64,000 bases of DNA, from assembly GCA_963743625.1 (NCBI GenBank), contig CAVUQM010000018.1, forward strand, positions 856 to 64,855. Direction: 5' to 3'. This document shows, one piece after another, positions 10,030 to 19,615 of this stretch; the first letter of the stretch is position 1; each line of letters opens with the position of its first letter. This DNA is from an uncultured Pseudomonadota bacterium (GTDB lineage Bacteria > Pseudomonadota > Gammaproteobacteria > Steroidobacterales > Steroidobacteraceae). Below the pieces are notes generated by a model. That model saw only the letters and a list, made by a program, of their open reading frames with translations, had not been told where the DNA came from and ran no database searches. A program made the position numbers and the translations under genes.

Positions 10030-11462
10030 ATGATCATGCGGATTCGCACTTTAGCGATCGTGCTGGCCAGTCTGTATGTCGCGATGGCAAGCGCAGGCGG
10101 CATAGTTAAGAACCACATCAGCGTTGACTTCGGTCCTGTATTCGGTCCCGGCGGTGACGGGGATGACTTCGGTACCAACACCGTCGGTGACGGTACCGCC
10201 TGCACGGCGGGCTCGAGTGGACCCGAGTCCTGCCCACTGACCCTGATCAACGATGGCTCCACTGGGGCGATCCCGCTCGGATTCCGATCGACTTCGGAAC
10301 CGGGCCAGTGAGCAGTCTGTACATCAACGAGAACGGTATCGTCTCGTTCACCGGGCCGATCACAGCGAACTCATTTGGCAGTCTCGCGGGACTGGGCCAG
10401 CCGGTGATAGCGCCGTTCTATGCGGACCTGACTTCGGTCACCTTCGTAGGCACTGTTTTCGAGATGTCGGGCAGTAACTTCGGGCAGATCATGTACCAGC
10501 GCGGCTCGGCTTCAGCGCTGCCTGGCAGTGACGGCAACTTCGATCAGGCGGACGAGGTCCCTGCGTTCTCGGTCCTCTGGTACGGCCCGACTGACGCTGC
10601 TGGTGCGCAGATCTTCACGCAGATCGTCATCTACTCGCACTCGTCCTCCGGGACCGGAGATTTCGATGTGCGCCTGCGCTATGGGCAGGTGGATGGTGAC
10701 CTGTACAACACCGGCACCGGCACCACGGGGATTGCCGGCCTGCTGCTCGGCACCAACACCCTGAATATCACCGGACCGCTGGATGGGTCTGTCGATCACT
10801 TCTATAGCTTCCGCGGCGGCCTGCTTGTCGGCACCGCCCCGCCGCCGCCGCCGGTTACGCTCACGTGCCCCAGCGCCACTGCGCAGGCCGGGGTTGCGTA
10901 CAGTTCCGCTTTGGCGGCGACCGGTGGTGTGACTCCCTATACTTTCTCATTCTCCGGCAGCCTGCCCGCCGGCTTGCAGCTGAATGCCGCTAGCGGCGCA
11001 ATCGCCGGCACGCCGACCGCCGCCGGCGCGTTCACCTTCACGGCGCAGGTTGCCGATGCCACCGGTACCGCGGCCGGATCGGCAACCGCCAGCTGCACGA
11101 TCACTGTGGCACCGGCGGTCGTGCCGCCCGCGCTGAAGGTGTCGCCCGCCAGCGTTTCGTTCGGGACCCTGGGTCGCTTCAGCCTTCAGGCCCGGACAGT
11201 GCTTCTGACCAACACGGGGACGGGAACCATCTCGCTGTCGCGGGAATCCGTGACGCCTGCCGCGGGTAGCCCGCGCGGCGACTTTGCGGCCTTGAGCCTC
11301 TGCGGGACTTCGCTGGCCGCCGGCAAGAGTTGTCCGATCTATGTGATTCTCTTTGCCAAGGACCTGGGGTCGATCGCCGCGGCCTTGAACATTCCCAACA
11401 GCGGAACAAACAGTCCCCAGGCGGTGCCACTCAGCGTGATCGTGACCCCGCTGACACACTGA
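10030..11462 (+). CDS. Secreted multidomain protein: NIDO-like domain, putative Ig domain, C-terminal Ig/ASH-like domain (one apparent frameshift)
   Basis: Signal peptide MRIRTLAIVLASLYVAMASA. YINENGIVSFTG..VIAPFYADL is nidogen-like. PYTFSFSGSLPAGLQLNAASGAIAGTPT is the putative Ig-domain signature. ORFs 10030..10311 and 10308..11462 join (..IPLGF-PIDFGTGPVSSLYIN..) if CC at 10284-10285 is really CCC. Confidence 0.6.
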
Positions 11463-11539
11463 GCGGTTCGAATCAGAACTGCGACATCGGTCAGGTAGTG
11501 GCGCGGCGCTGCTGTGGTCGTCGCGCAGTCCGGAGCTAT

Positions 11540-11560
11540 CAACGGATGTGCAATCCGTTG
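11540..11560 (+). repeat. REP-like palindromic element copy (CAACGGAT-gtgca-ATCCGTTG)
   Basis: Perfect 8-bp arms. Lies 78 nt downstream of the stop at 11462. Confidence 0.7.
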
Positions 11561-11831
11561 GTACGCGCCGATAACCGAGTGGCAACCTTAGGGCGCTGAT
11601 TTCAGTGCAGGGCGGTTAGGCGTGCGTTGGGGCCAGACCCGTGTTCGCGGCGACTTGGTCCCATGCTCGCCCCACCACGACTCGTCCGCTCCAGAGGCGG
11701 GCTCAACCGTAAACTTGACTATAAGAGTGACGGATTCTCCTACGACAGATTCGGGAGCTGTCCGACGGTGGCCTCAGCTCGCGCGGGGAAACTAGCGTCT
11801 GTCGAAACTGTGAACGATTGACGGAGGCAAC

Positions 11832-12065
11832 TTGGCTAAGTTAACCACCAAAGCGCGAAAGAAGATCCCGGCCAGGTCATTCGCGGGACCCGGTCGGAGT
11901 TATCCAATCGAAGACCGGGCTCACGCCATTGACGCGAAGGCACGCGCAAAGCAGCAATTCAATAAGGGGCGAATGAGCAAATCCGAGCTTGCCGCCATTG
12001 ACTCCAAGGCTGACAAGAAGCTCGGCGCGAAGAAGAGCAAGAAGAAAAGCAAGAAGAAAAGCTAG
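11832..12065 (+). CDS. Small lysine-rich hypothetical protein
   Basis: 77-aa ORF with GGAGG at 11823-11827, just upstream of TTG 11832. The tail is KKSKKKSKKKS. No family recognised. Confidence 0.45.
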   Translation: MAKLTTKARKKIPARSFAGPGRSYPIEDRAHAIDAKARAKQQFNKGRMSKSELAAIDSKADKKLGAKKSKKKSKKKS

Positions 12066-12104
12066 CCCGTCGTCTGAAATTCTCCGTGCGCCCAAGGATT
12101 ATTT

Positions 12105-12488
12105 ATGGTCGATCAAACCCTCCCCCGTGGTGCAGGTAATGGAAAAAACGGGAAGACGCAGGGAAAGCAAAGTGGCTGGGCGGAGCGCGCCGCGGCCAGG
12201 CTGAATAAGACCCGCAAACCCATAGCCGAGAAGCTACGCGGAGCAGCCGAAGCCATTCAGGGTCAGGCGCAGTCTCTGTACCAGGGCGAACACATCTCGG
12301 AAGGCGTTTCAGACGTGGCCTATGGCGCCGCCGAACGGGTCGAATCCTCCGCTGCCTATCTGGAGTCGAATGACATCTCGCAGATGGCGAGAGATGCGGT
12401 GGAGGTCGTCAGGCGCAACCCGCTGCCGGCCATTGCCGTGGCAGCGGCTGTTGGGTTTTTCCTCGGCCGAGCCTTAGGCAGACGGTGA
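12105..12488 (+). CDS. DUF883 / ElaB-YqjD-like tail-anchored stress protein
   Basis: Ala/Glu-rich helical body and a C-terminal RRNPLPAIAVAAAVGFFLGRALGRR membrane anchor, typical of the ElaB/YqjD family. Confidence 0.55.
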   Translation: MVDQTLPRGAGNGKNGKTQGKQSGWAERAAARLNKTRKPIAEKLRGAAEAIQGQAQSLYQGEHISEGVSDVAYGAAERVESSAAYLESNDISQMARDAVEVVRRNPLPAIAVAAAVGFFLGRALGRR

Positions 12489-12907
12489 TTAGGGACTTAG
12501 CTGCCGACTTCGGCAAGCGCCATCGGTCGCCTCAAGATAGGCCGTTGGGATTCGGGAGGAAGATCAAAGTTCGGATAAACGACTCCGCCGGGTCGGCCAT
12601 CTAAGGAGAGGACGGAAGCCTTCCCCTGATGGAACCCGCACGCACGTTTGACGCGACCTAGCATTCCCTTTTGGGCAGTCGCTGACCTTGTAGATCGAAC
12701 CTACTATCACTCGGAGGTAACTACCACAGCGGTGGAGCGAAATGCGGCTGCCCCGAGCTGCGTGAGCGGGGCAGTGCGGTGTCGACAATTTGTGTTTGTT
12801 CTGCCATAGCGCTATCGGTGACTGAACGCTTGGATCGTCAGTGCGCTGCTCCTCGAAGCACTGCTGGACTAATAACGAGATCGCCGTCAGCCGCAACGCG
12901 AAGCGAG

Positions 12908-14041
12908 ATGCGGGCATGCACCAAGGCGCTGCGTATTCGTCTTTTGGGCCTGGGGACTACGCGGGGTACCGCATTGGCAATCCTGATGGCGTTTTCGATG
13001 GCTCGAGTTATTCCGGCGGAAGCGGGTCCTTCCGCGCTCGCGGCCAAACAGAAGGAGGAGAGCAAGGACTCCGAGTCGCCTTGGCTCTTGGTGCCAACCC
13101 TTTCGTCGAATCCCAAGCTCGGCACATCGGTCGGAGGAATGGCCGCGTACATGTATTACTTTGATACTGAATCGAAGGTATCCATCTTCGGCGTCACCGC
13201 GCAATACACCTCTACCGGCTCGGTTGTCGGGGCACTGACAGCCAAGACGTCCTTCGGTGCGGACCACCATCGTCTGCTGGCGCTCGCCATCGGCGGCAAT
13301 ATCAAGAATGACTATGACGATTTTCTGGGCACGGGCATGCCGCTCAAGAGCGAAGATAATTTGCGCGCCTACGTGCTGCGGTACCAGTATCGGATCTGGG
13401 GCGATTGGTTCATCGGCGCGCAGGCCCTGAGTAGCACTTACCAGATGCTCGGACAAACGGAGCTTGACGACGAGTTGCTGCAAACGCTCGGTCTCACCGG
13501 CTTTTCCGGAGGCGGACTTGGCGCAATCATCAACTTGGATTCGCGCGACAGTGAGTACAGCCCTCATAAGGGATGGCTGATCAACCTAAATAACATCGCC
13601 TACCGTGAGTGGATCGCGGGCGACAATAACTATGACGCTTATCGGGCCGATTTTCGTTGGTACTGGGAGCATGGGGACGGCAATGTGCTGGCGCTTCGCG
13701 CAAATAACCAGTGGACGGTAAACGCACCCGCCAGCGCCTACGCACCGATCTCACTGCGGGGCTACAAGTTCGGTGAATATCTGGGAAAGTACATGTCCTC
13801 AGTTGAGGCAGAGGAGCGACTGCACCTCGCCTCGCGTTGGACGGCTACTGTGTTTGTGGGCGTCGGTTGCCTTTACGGGGGTAGTCTCCGCTGCAGTGAC
13901 AGCGAGAATGTCTATCCCAACTTCGGGGCCGGTGTGCAGTACGTCATTAAGCAAAAAGAAGGTATGGTGCTCAACCTCGAATATGCCAAGGGCAAGGGAG
14001 ACAACGACGGCACCTATCTGAAGTTTGGCTACGGATTCTGA
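12908..14041 (+). CDS. Outer-membrane beta-barrel protein (Omp85 / surface antigen D15-like barrel, no POTRA seen)
   Basis: Signal peptide from ATG 12908 (MRACTKALRIRLLGLGTTRGTALAILMAFSMARVIPAEA). Alternating beta-strand pattern, aromatic-rich, terminal ..YLKFGYGF. Confidence 0.6.
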   Translation: MRACTKALRIRLLGLGTTRGTALAILMAFSMARVIPAEAGPSALAAKQKEESKDSESPWLLVPTLSSNPKLGTSVGGMAAYMYYFDTESKVSIFGVTAQYTSTGSVVGALTAKTSFGADHHRLLALAIGGNIKNDYDDFLGTGMPLKSEDNLRAYVLRYQYRIWGDWFIGAQALSSTYQMLGQTELDDELLQTLGLTGFSGGGLGAIINLDSRDSEYSPHKGWLINLNNIAYREWIAGDNNYDAYRADFRWYWEHGDGNVLALRANNQWTVNAPASAYAPISLRGYKFGEYLGKYMSSVEAEERLHLASRWTATVFVGVGCLYGGSLRCSDSENVYPNFGAGVQYVIKQKEGMVLNLEYAKGKGDNDGTYLKFGYGF

Positions 14042-14074
14042 TGATCGCGATGGCGCCTGACTGGGCTCGCCAGA

Positions 14075-14092
14075 CCGACGGAAGACCGTCGG
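14075..14092. terminator. Stem-loop downstream of the OMP gene (CCGACGG-aaga-CCGTCGG)
   Basis: Perfect 7-bp stem with a 4-nt loop, 34 nt after the stop. There is no T-tract, so intrinsic-terminator function is uncertain. Confidence 0.4.
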
Positions 14093-14377
14093 CTCAACCT
14101 CCTGGGGCGTCTGTCGTGCCTACCTTGGGTATTTCCGGCTGACTGTTGTCGACCGGCTCAATCGGCTTCGTGGGCAGCTGATCGCCCGAACCTTTTTCAT
14201 GGCTTGGCAGGGCAGGTCCCTGCTTCTTCTCAATCTGTTGCGCAGGGGTGTAGACGTTGGTCTTCATTGGCGTTCCCATTTCAACGCACAACGGTACTGC
14301 AGCGTGCTGGCGTCGACGGTCGGACGAACGCCGGGATTCAGGTAGGAATTCAGGATGATCGGGGGAGGGATGGCGTG

Positions 14378-17300
14378 TCACCCTGACCGTCTAAGGAAGA
14401 CCCGACAGCAACGGGTCGGCGATCCGTTGATGCTTTGGTGTACCAGCCTGACTTTGTAGCTGCCGGCGGATTTTCGGACGCCTGCGGTGCAAATTCCGTG
14501 CTGCAGAGAAGGCCGCCTCTGATGACCGGCTGGGAACACCCTTTGCGGGGTCTTTAGGGCTGCTTCTGCGAGCTCAAACTGCTCACGGTCTTGTTCCACG
14601 CACTTACCTGCCAGTCGGGCTGGGCGATATGGTCGTCCCAGTTTTCGTGTCCGCAGATCCAGTTCTGGACCTGCTGAATGCGTGCCTCCGACGGGGTCGG
14701 GTTTGTCGTACTGACGAGCGGTCGGGCGCAAAAATCCCCTTGGGGCGCAAACAGCCGGCGCCAGAGGAACTCGAACGTCCTGCTGGGTCAGCATCTCGTA
14801 GCGTGGATGATGGGAGAAGACACCCTCCCAGTACGCCATGAAACGATTGGGCGTGTTGGCCAGCAGAGGATCCGCGACCCGGAAGGTCTGCGCGAACATC
14901 CAGTGCGTTCCGAGTCCCCCGCGGGACCGAAACGCCATCGGCAGCGGCAGGTAATGCACCTCCAGGGTCTCGCCCCGGTTACGCGTCGCGAGTTCTGTGC
15001 GGATGTCGGTGAGCAGCTCCTGGGTAAGTCCGGCCGTTACGCGCTCCTTGGAGCCACCGGTGGCGGCGCCAATGCCGCGGTCGTCGGTGTAGTCGTACGT
15101 CACGGCCGATGCCTCGATCGCGAGTAGGTGGATCGGAGGCAGGGTCGTCGCAGGTGCGGCCTCGCTGACGGCTTCCCGCAGCGCATAAAGCGCAGACAAA
15201 AGGCCGAGATTCTCTGTGGCGCCACCGTCGGTCACGTAGAACGACCGCCGCGGACAGAGCTCGTAGCGTGCATCGATGACCCGCACACGCGCATTCGGGA
15301 ACACCGGCGGAAAGTTGGCGTTGAGCGCCGCGGCAGCGGCGAGATCGATGTCGGCATCTGGACCCGGACCAGGACGCAGCATGGTGTAGGCGAGACGCAT
15401 GTCGGGCAGGTCGTCCGCGGGCGCGGTGCCGGCGCGCTTCGGATCTGGCTGCGTCGAAAAGCCCGCATCCGTGTTGAGTGTCGTGAACACCAGGCGGCTG
15501 CCCGCCAGCGAGGTGAACGGCCGGGAGCGCTGGTTGCAATCCGTCCGGAAATCCCCGGTGATCGATGGGATGGCCTCACGCCCTCGCAGCAGCGCCGACT
15601 CTTCCGCCGGATGGCCGCTGACCGTCGAGTTGAGGATCAGCAGCGGTCCTGTGAGCGAATGCATGCCTACCGGCTGATCGGCGAACAGCCGATGCGTGAA
15701 ACTCTCTGCCAGCAGTTCCCCGAGCGGCGCTGATTTCGCGATGCGCAGCTCGCCTGCGCCGTCGAGCACGTCCTGGATGAAGGGCTGCGTCACGTCGGTG
15801 AGGTAATCATTCCAAGGCTTCGTGCCCGGGGTGGTCCCCGTGAGGTTCGCGAACCTCTGCGCGAACACTGCCGCCGCGACTCCACCGCCCGAGACCCCGC
15901 TCAAGAGCACGATGTCTTTGGCGTGCTGCAGCCTCGCCAGCCCCTCGAGCGCCTGTTCGGTGTAGAGGGCGGCACGGGTGCCGCCGCCGCTCGCGGCCAC
16001 GATGAGGGCGGGGCGGTGATCGCGTGCCTGTTTCTCGAGGGCCGCGAGCAGATTCGACTTGGTGCCGTCGGTGGCCGGTACAACCTGTGCGACCACGACC
16101 GGATCGGCGGTGAGGGGCGCGGCATAGGTCGTATGCACGTACCAGAGTGCCCCGGCCAGGAGCGCCAGCAGGGTATTGACGCCGTAGAAGTAGAGCTGCA
16201 GCCGGCGGTGCAGGGTGTCGAGGATGTCCGGGTCATCCTCGGGCCGGGAGAGCGCGCGGAAGAGGCCCATGTAGTCGTAGGTAGAGAACGCCGAGTCTCG
16301 CCTCGGCTCCCAGGGCGCAGGATTCGCCCGTTCCAGCCACCCCTGGGCGCACACCCGGCCGCTGCCATGCAGGCCAAGAAACCGACCATCAGCCTGCAAC
16401 TCCCCGGCTTCGGCTTCGTCTGACTTCACACCGTCGGGAAGCCCTATGACGTCGCCGTGCCCGTCGATCGGCGTGCCGAGCGCCTTAAGCAGCCGTACTC
16501 CCGGCCAGTAGTTGAGCCAGTACTCGAAGAACCACGCCGCGACGTAGAGCATGATGAGCGTGCGGAACACGGTCCCGAACGGTGCCGCGTCGAGCAGGGT
16601 AGAGACGTACTGGACGTTGAGCAGCCGCAGCGCCGCGAGCACGATGGCGGCCACTGACACCGGGAGGGGGGTACCGACCAGGAACCAACGGTCGACGTAC
16701 ACGACGAGCTGCCGCCAGCGGGTTGACAGGCTCCCATACGCGAGCAGCGCCGCACCGATCGCGAAGGCGCCCGCCGTATAGCTCAGCAGCCCATCGGTGG
16801 GGAAGGAGACTGCCACTAGCGCAGGCAGCAGCAGGGCCTGCAACGGGTGTCCGCCGACACCATTGACGAGAGCGGCGGTGACGCGCAGGCCCTCCACGGG
16901 CGGGTCTTTTCGGTCGTTGCGGATGAGGCGCGTCGAGGTGAGCCGTTCGCGGTAGGTCTTGGCCCAGTCTATGGACACCGGCGTCTTTCCCGGCGTCGTG
17001 CCGTCCCGGATCCATAGCGTCGTGCCGAAGAGCCCCATCGAGAGCAGGAAGGCGACGAGGGCCATGGAACTGAGCCCGAACACCACGATCGGATAGACGT
17101 GCGCGTAGGGCCCGGTGGAGGCCTCGCGCGAGGTGTCATCAACAAACACGCTCCAGAGAAAAACGATGCTGGCGACCCAGAGCGCCAGGAGTACGGCGAA
17201 TTGTCCGAGCGGACGCTTAATCCCGCGAGGACTCCAGACTATGAGGCCTCCGGCTCCGATCAATAACACGAGTCCCACCTGGACCCAGATCGGCAACGTG

Positions 17301-17695
17301 TGCCCGACTTTGAAGCAGCCGATCAGTTCCGGCCGCCACTTAAGGGCGACGCCGGCGGCGGCGATCAGTGGGGCGAGTGCGCCGGCGATTACCGCCAATA
17401 GCAACAAGACAGCTACAGCGAGGCGCGTCCAGCCGTGTAGTGAGAGCTGTCCTGCGTATCGGGCGAGTTCTACGAGCGCTGCCCGCGTCTGGGCAACGCG
17501 GCCCCGGATCTCCTCGCGTGTCGGCAGGTGCGGCTTGGTGTTGTCGGGCCTCGTGGTCTCCTGGGACTGCGGAGTTGCCGAGGCAATGGTGCGGGGCGCG
17601 TCGGGATCCCTGAGGCTGCGCCGCTCGGCGTACAGGCGTCGGGTAAGGGATCTCAAGACGTGGGAGAGAAGACTGAAGCCGATACCCGCAATCAC
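14378..17695 (-). CDS. Polytopic-membrane protein with C-terminal patatin-like phospholipase domain (frameshifted at both ends)
   Basis: About 600 aa of TM-rich N-terminus, then LIVAASGGGTRAALY (oxyanion), LLSGVSGGGVAAAVF (GxSxG) and FYVTDGGATENLGLL (catalytic Asp). After ..YEMLTQQD (~14775) the listed frame turns to junk. The adjacent frame reads TFEFLWRRLFAPQGDF..NWICGHENWDDHIAQPDWQVSAWNKTVSSLSSQKQP and stops at 14554-14556. A possible N-terminal extension reaches ATG 17995, which is in frame and has GGGGGAG 8 nt upstream, but needs four frame corrections. Confidence 0.75.
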   Translation of the reverse strand: MIAGIGFSLLSHVLRSLTRRLYAERRSLRDPDAPRTIASATPQSQETTRPDNTKPHLPTREEIRGRVAQTRAALVELARYAGQLSLHGWTRLAVAVLLLLAVIAGALAPLIAAAGVALKWRPELIGCFKVGHTLPIWVQVGLVLLIGAGGLIVWSPRGIKRPLGQFAVLLALWVASIVFLWSVFVDDTSREASTGPYAHVYPIVVFGLSSMALVAFLLSMGLFGTTLWIRDGTTPGKTPVSIDWAKTYRERLTSTRLIRNDRKDPPVEGLRVTAALVNGVGGHPLQALLLPALVAVSFPTDGLLSYTAGAFAIGAALLAYGSLSTRWRQLVVYVDRWFLVGTPLPVSVAAIVLAALRLLNVQYVSTLLDAAPFGTVFRTLIMLYVAAWFFEYWLNYWPGVRLLKALGTPIDGHGDVIGLPDGVKSDEAEAGELQADGRFLGLHGSGRVCAQGWLERANPAPWEPRRDSAFSTYDYMGLFRALSRPEDDPDILDTLHRRLQLYFYGVNTLLALLAGALWYVHTTYAAPLTADPVVVAQVVPATDGTKSNLLAALEKQARDHRPALIVAASGGGTRAALYTEQALEGLARLQHAKDIVLLSGVSGGGVAAAVFAQRFANLTGTTPGTKPWNDYLTDVTQPFIQDVLDGAGELRIAKSAPLGELLAESFTHRLFADQPVGMHSLTGPLLILNSTVSGHPAEESALLRGREAIPSITGDFRTDCNQRSRPFTSLAGSRLVFTTLNTDAGFSTQPDPKRAGTAPADDLPDMRLAYTMLRPGPGPDADIDLAAAAALNANFPPVFPNARVRVIDARYELCPRRSFYVTDGGATENLGLLSALYALREAVSEAAPATTLPPIHLLAIEASAVTYDYTDDRGIGAATGGSKERVTAGLTQELLTDIRTELATRNRGETLEVHYLPLPMAFRSRGGLGTHWMFAQTFRVADPLLANTPNRFMAYWEGVFSHHPRYEMLTQQDVRVPLAPAVCAPRGFLRPTARQYDKPDPVGGTHSAGPELDLRTRKLGRPYRPARLAGKCVEQDREQFELAEAALKTPQRVFPAGHQRRPSLQHGICTAGVRKSAGSYKVRLVHQSINGSPTRCCRVFLRRSG
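14409..14429 (+). repeat. REP-like element copy (CAACGG-gtcggcgat-CCGTTG)
   Basis: 6-bp arms. GCGATCCGTTGA matches the family right arm. It lies downstream of the corrected patatin stop (14554). Confidence 0.55.
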
Positions 17696-18032
17696 GAATA
17701 CGAGGACGGCAAAGACCAGTCAGTGAGGCTTTGATCATGCCGTTGGGGCCGAGCACGCCGCACAGCGGCGGAAGGTCGGCCCGAAGATGAGGAAAACGGT
17801 GATGAGCAGATACAGCCAGAAGAATGGCCAGGTCCAGGGAGACCGCGGGGACCAAGCTGCGCGAGTGTCGCTCTGGAGTTAACCACGCTACCCCGGGCTG
17901 GCGCGGAATCTCCCCCGAGCGAAACATGCTGTCGATGATGTAGGGGACATCGAGGAACAGCGCTCACAAATCGGACCCGGTTCTTTGGCTGGCATGGCCA
18001 CGCTCCCCCGTTGTTGTGCTCAGGACAGCTGT

Positions 18033-18600
18033 CTATCCAGGAACGACCAGCTTCTCCAGATTGTCGGCTGCGATCCGTCCGAAGCGTCTAGCTAGCACGC
18101 GCAAGAGGTCGATATTCACCGGCGCTTGCGCGCGCGTATAGGCCGACTGTGCGTCAAGGAGGTCCTGTGAGTCACCGGCAAAGCACTTCATGGCGATGAA
18201 GTCCTCACGGCCGACGAAGCGCAGTGGTTCGCCAAGAAATGGGATTTCGATGGTGCGAGCCAGAAACTGTGGATCCATACCACGAAGACCACCCAGTAAT
18301 CAACCTGGTTGGCCTGCACTCCGTCAGTCAAGTAGCTAGCCCGCTGCAATGGGCCACGGGGCTGCGGCGACACGGCGCAGCTCGGCGGTAAACCCGGCGC
18401 GCTCAAAGATGGTTCGCAGCTGTGCGAGGCGCTTGGCAGTCGTCCAGAGCAGCGCATCGACATCGGTCGAGGCACGCACCTCACCGTGTATCGATAGCGC
18501 GAAGGCGCCAATCACCGCATAGTCGATTTGTTCATCGCGCAGGATTTGAGCGACGTTCGAGCAGGAGAAGTGCGGATTGGCCTGCTCTTGTGGCTCTCAC
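18033..18600 (-). CDS. Small nucleotidyltransferase-fold protein (MNT/DUF-type), split over three frames
   Basis: GTG 18600 overlaps the HTH gene stop as GTGA. One frame reads VAQILRDEQIDYAVIGAFALSIHGEVRASTDVDALLW..LAQLRTIFERAGF (G-x-SxxG...D-x-D NTase signature). ORF 18033..18278 gives the C-terminus ..LRFVGREDFIAMKCFAGDSQDLLDAQSA.. typical of this fold. Confidence 0.6.
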
Positions 18601-19061
18601 GGGCGTCCTCGCCTGGTTTGGGCTGGTCTTGCCGCAGTCAGGGCTGACTTCTGAAGCTCACTGATCAGCTGATTGTGTTCGAGGAATGCCTCGAGCCGTT
18701 GCGAAGGGCTCAGCTCGCGTTGCGATCGCTGAAGGGTCGAGCGCGCCGCGTCTGCCAACTTCGAGCGCGGTATCGTCCGCGGCGGTGCGGCTGTATTTGA
18801 GAGGAAGACCCCGGCTTCCTGGGGGATCCGGCCAGTCATAAGCGTGACAGGAAGCCCGGCGCGTACCGCGACTCGCAGCAGGAGCTCGATAGATAGATCG
18901 GTTACGTGACCGTTCACGATCTTGCTCAGTGTGGGTTGGGGTATATCGAGTCGTTTTGCTGCGGCGCTTTGGCTCAATCCGGAGCGCGCAAAATGACGGC
19001 CCACTTGCAACGCGACATCAGCGCGGAGGGCATGAATTGTTGCGATGTCCGGTGAAGGCAT
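18597..19061 (-). CDS. XRE-family helix-turn-helix protein (antitoxin/regulator-like)
   Basis: GLSQSAAAKRLDIPQPTLSKIVNGHVTDLSIELLLRVAVRAGLPV is a classic XRE HTH. An ~80-aa C-terminal extension follows. Intact ORF. Confidence 0.75.
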   Translation of the reverse strand: MPSPDIATIHALRADVALQVGRHFARSGLSQSAAAKRLDIPQPTLSKIVNGHVTDLSIELLLRVAVRAGLPVTLMTGRIPQEAGVFLSNTAAPPRTIPRSKLADAARSTLQRSQRELSPSQRLEAFLEHNQLISELQKSALTAARPAQTRRGRP

Positions 19062-19189
19062 GGACGTATCTTATAGCAAATCTAGTATAGGTGTAAGACA
19101 GCCATTAGAGCAAAGGTTTCATCAACTTAGGCCGTCCTCAGCCGCGTTCGGTCGCAGTGCTAAGCTCAGCCGCACCGCAGTTTGGGAAA

Positions 19190-19615
19190 ATGCTCATGCG
19201 CTCCAACCGTTCTGTTCCTCCTTGCCCTGTGATTCCCGTTCTCTGCTACCCCGATCCGTCCGTGGCAGCGGAATGGCTGAGTAAGGCTTTTGGTTTCACC
19301 GTTCGACTGCGCATCGCCAATCACAGAATTCAAATGGTCGCCGGGGAAGGCTGCTTCACTATCCGCGAGGGCACGATCGCTCCGAACCAGTCGGTAAATG
19401 TTCAGGTTCGCATTGAGGACGCGCTAAGTCACTGCGAGCGCGCGCGTAAGGCGGGCGCCATCATCCTTACGGAGCCGACGGATCACTTCTATGGTGAGCG
19501 GCAGTACAACGCGCAGGATTTCTACGGCCACTGGTGGGACTTCACGGAGACGATTACGGACGTAGAACCGGAGAGCTGGGGCGGCGTCGTAAGTCCTTCG
19601 GGCTCGCAGATCTAG
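19190..19615 (+). CDS. VOC / glyoxalase-bleomycin resistance family protein
   Basis: IPVLCYPDPSVAAEWLSKAFGF..RIQM..GAIILTEPTDHFYGERQYNAQDFYGHWWDF is the VOC fold pattern. ATG 19190 was chosen inside ORF 19157..19615. Confidence 0.7.
   Translation: MLMRSNRSVPPCPVIPVLCYPDPSVAAEWLSKAFGFTVRLRIANHRIQMVAGEGCFTIREGTIAPNQSVNVQVRIEDALSHCERARKAGAIILTEPTDHFYGERQYNAQDFYGHWWDFTETITDVEPESWGGVVSPSGSQI

Noticed and set aside
11465-11474. GGTTCGAATC, identical to a tRNA T-psi-C loop consensus
   Set aside because: The flanking bases do not form a T-stem (GAGCG vs AGAAC). No acceptor, D or anticodon arms could be drawn.
12489-12907. 418-nt leader upstream of the OMP gene with a hairpin CTGCCCCG-n11-CGGGGCAG (12748-12774), considered as a riboswitch or sRNA
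   Set aside because: No conserved riboswitch motif was recognised and there is no terminator-like T-tract. A single hairpin is insufficient evidence.
14094-14381. Small minus-strand ORF (possible 57-aa product from ATG 14267: MKTNVYTPAQQIEKKQGPALPSHEKGSGDQLP..)
   Set aside because: It is low-complexity and disordered, has a weak RBS, and shows no homology signal I can recognise.
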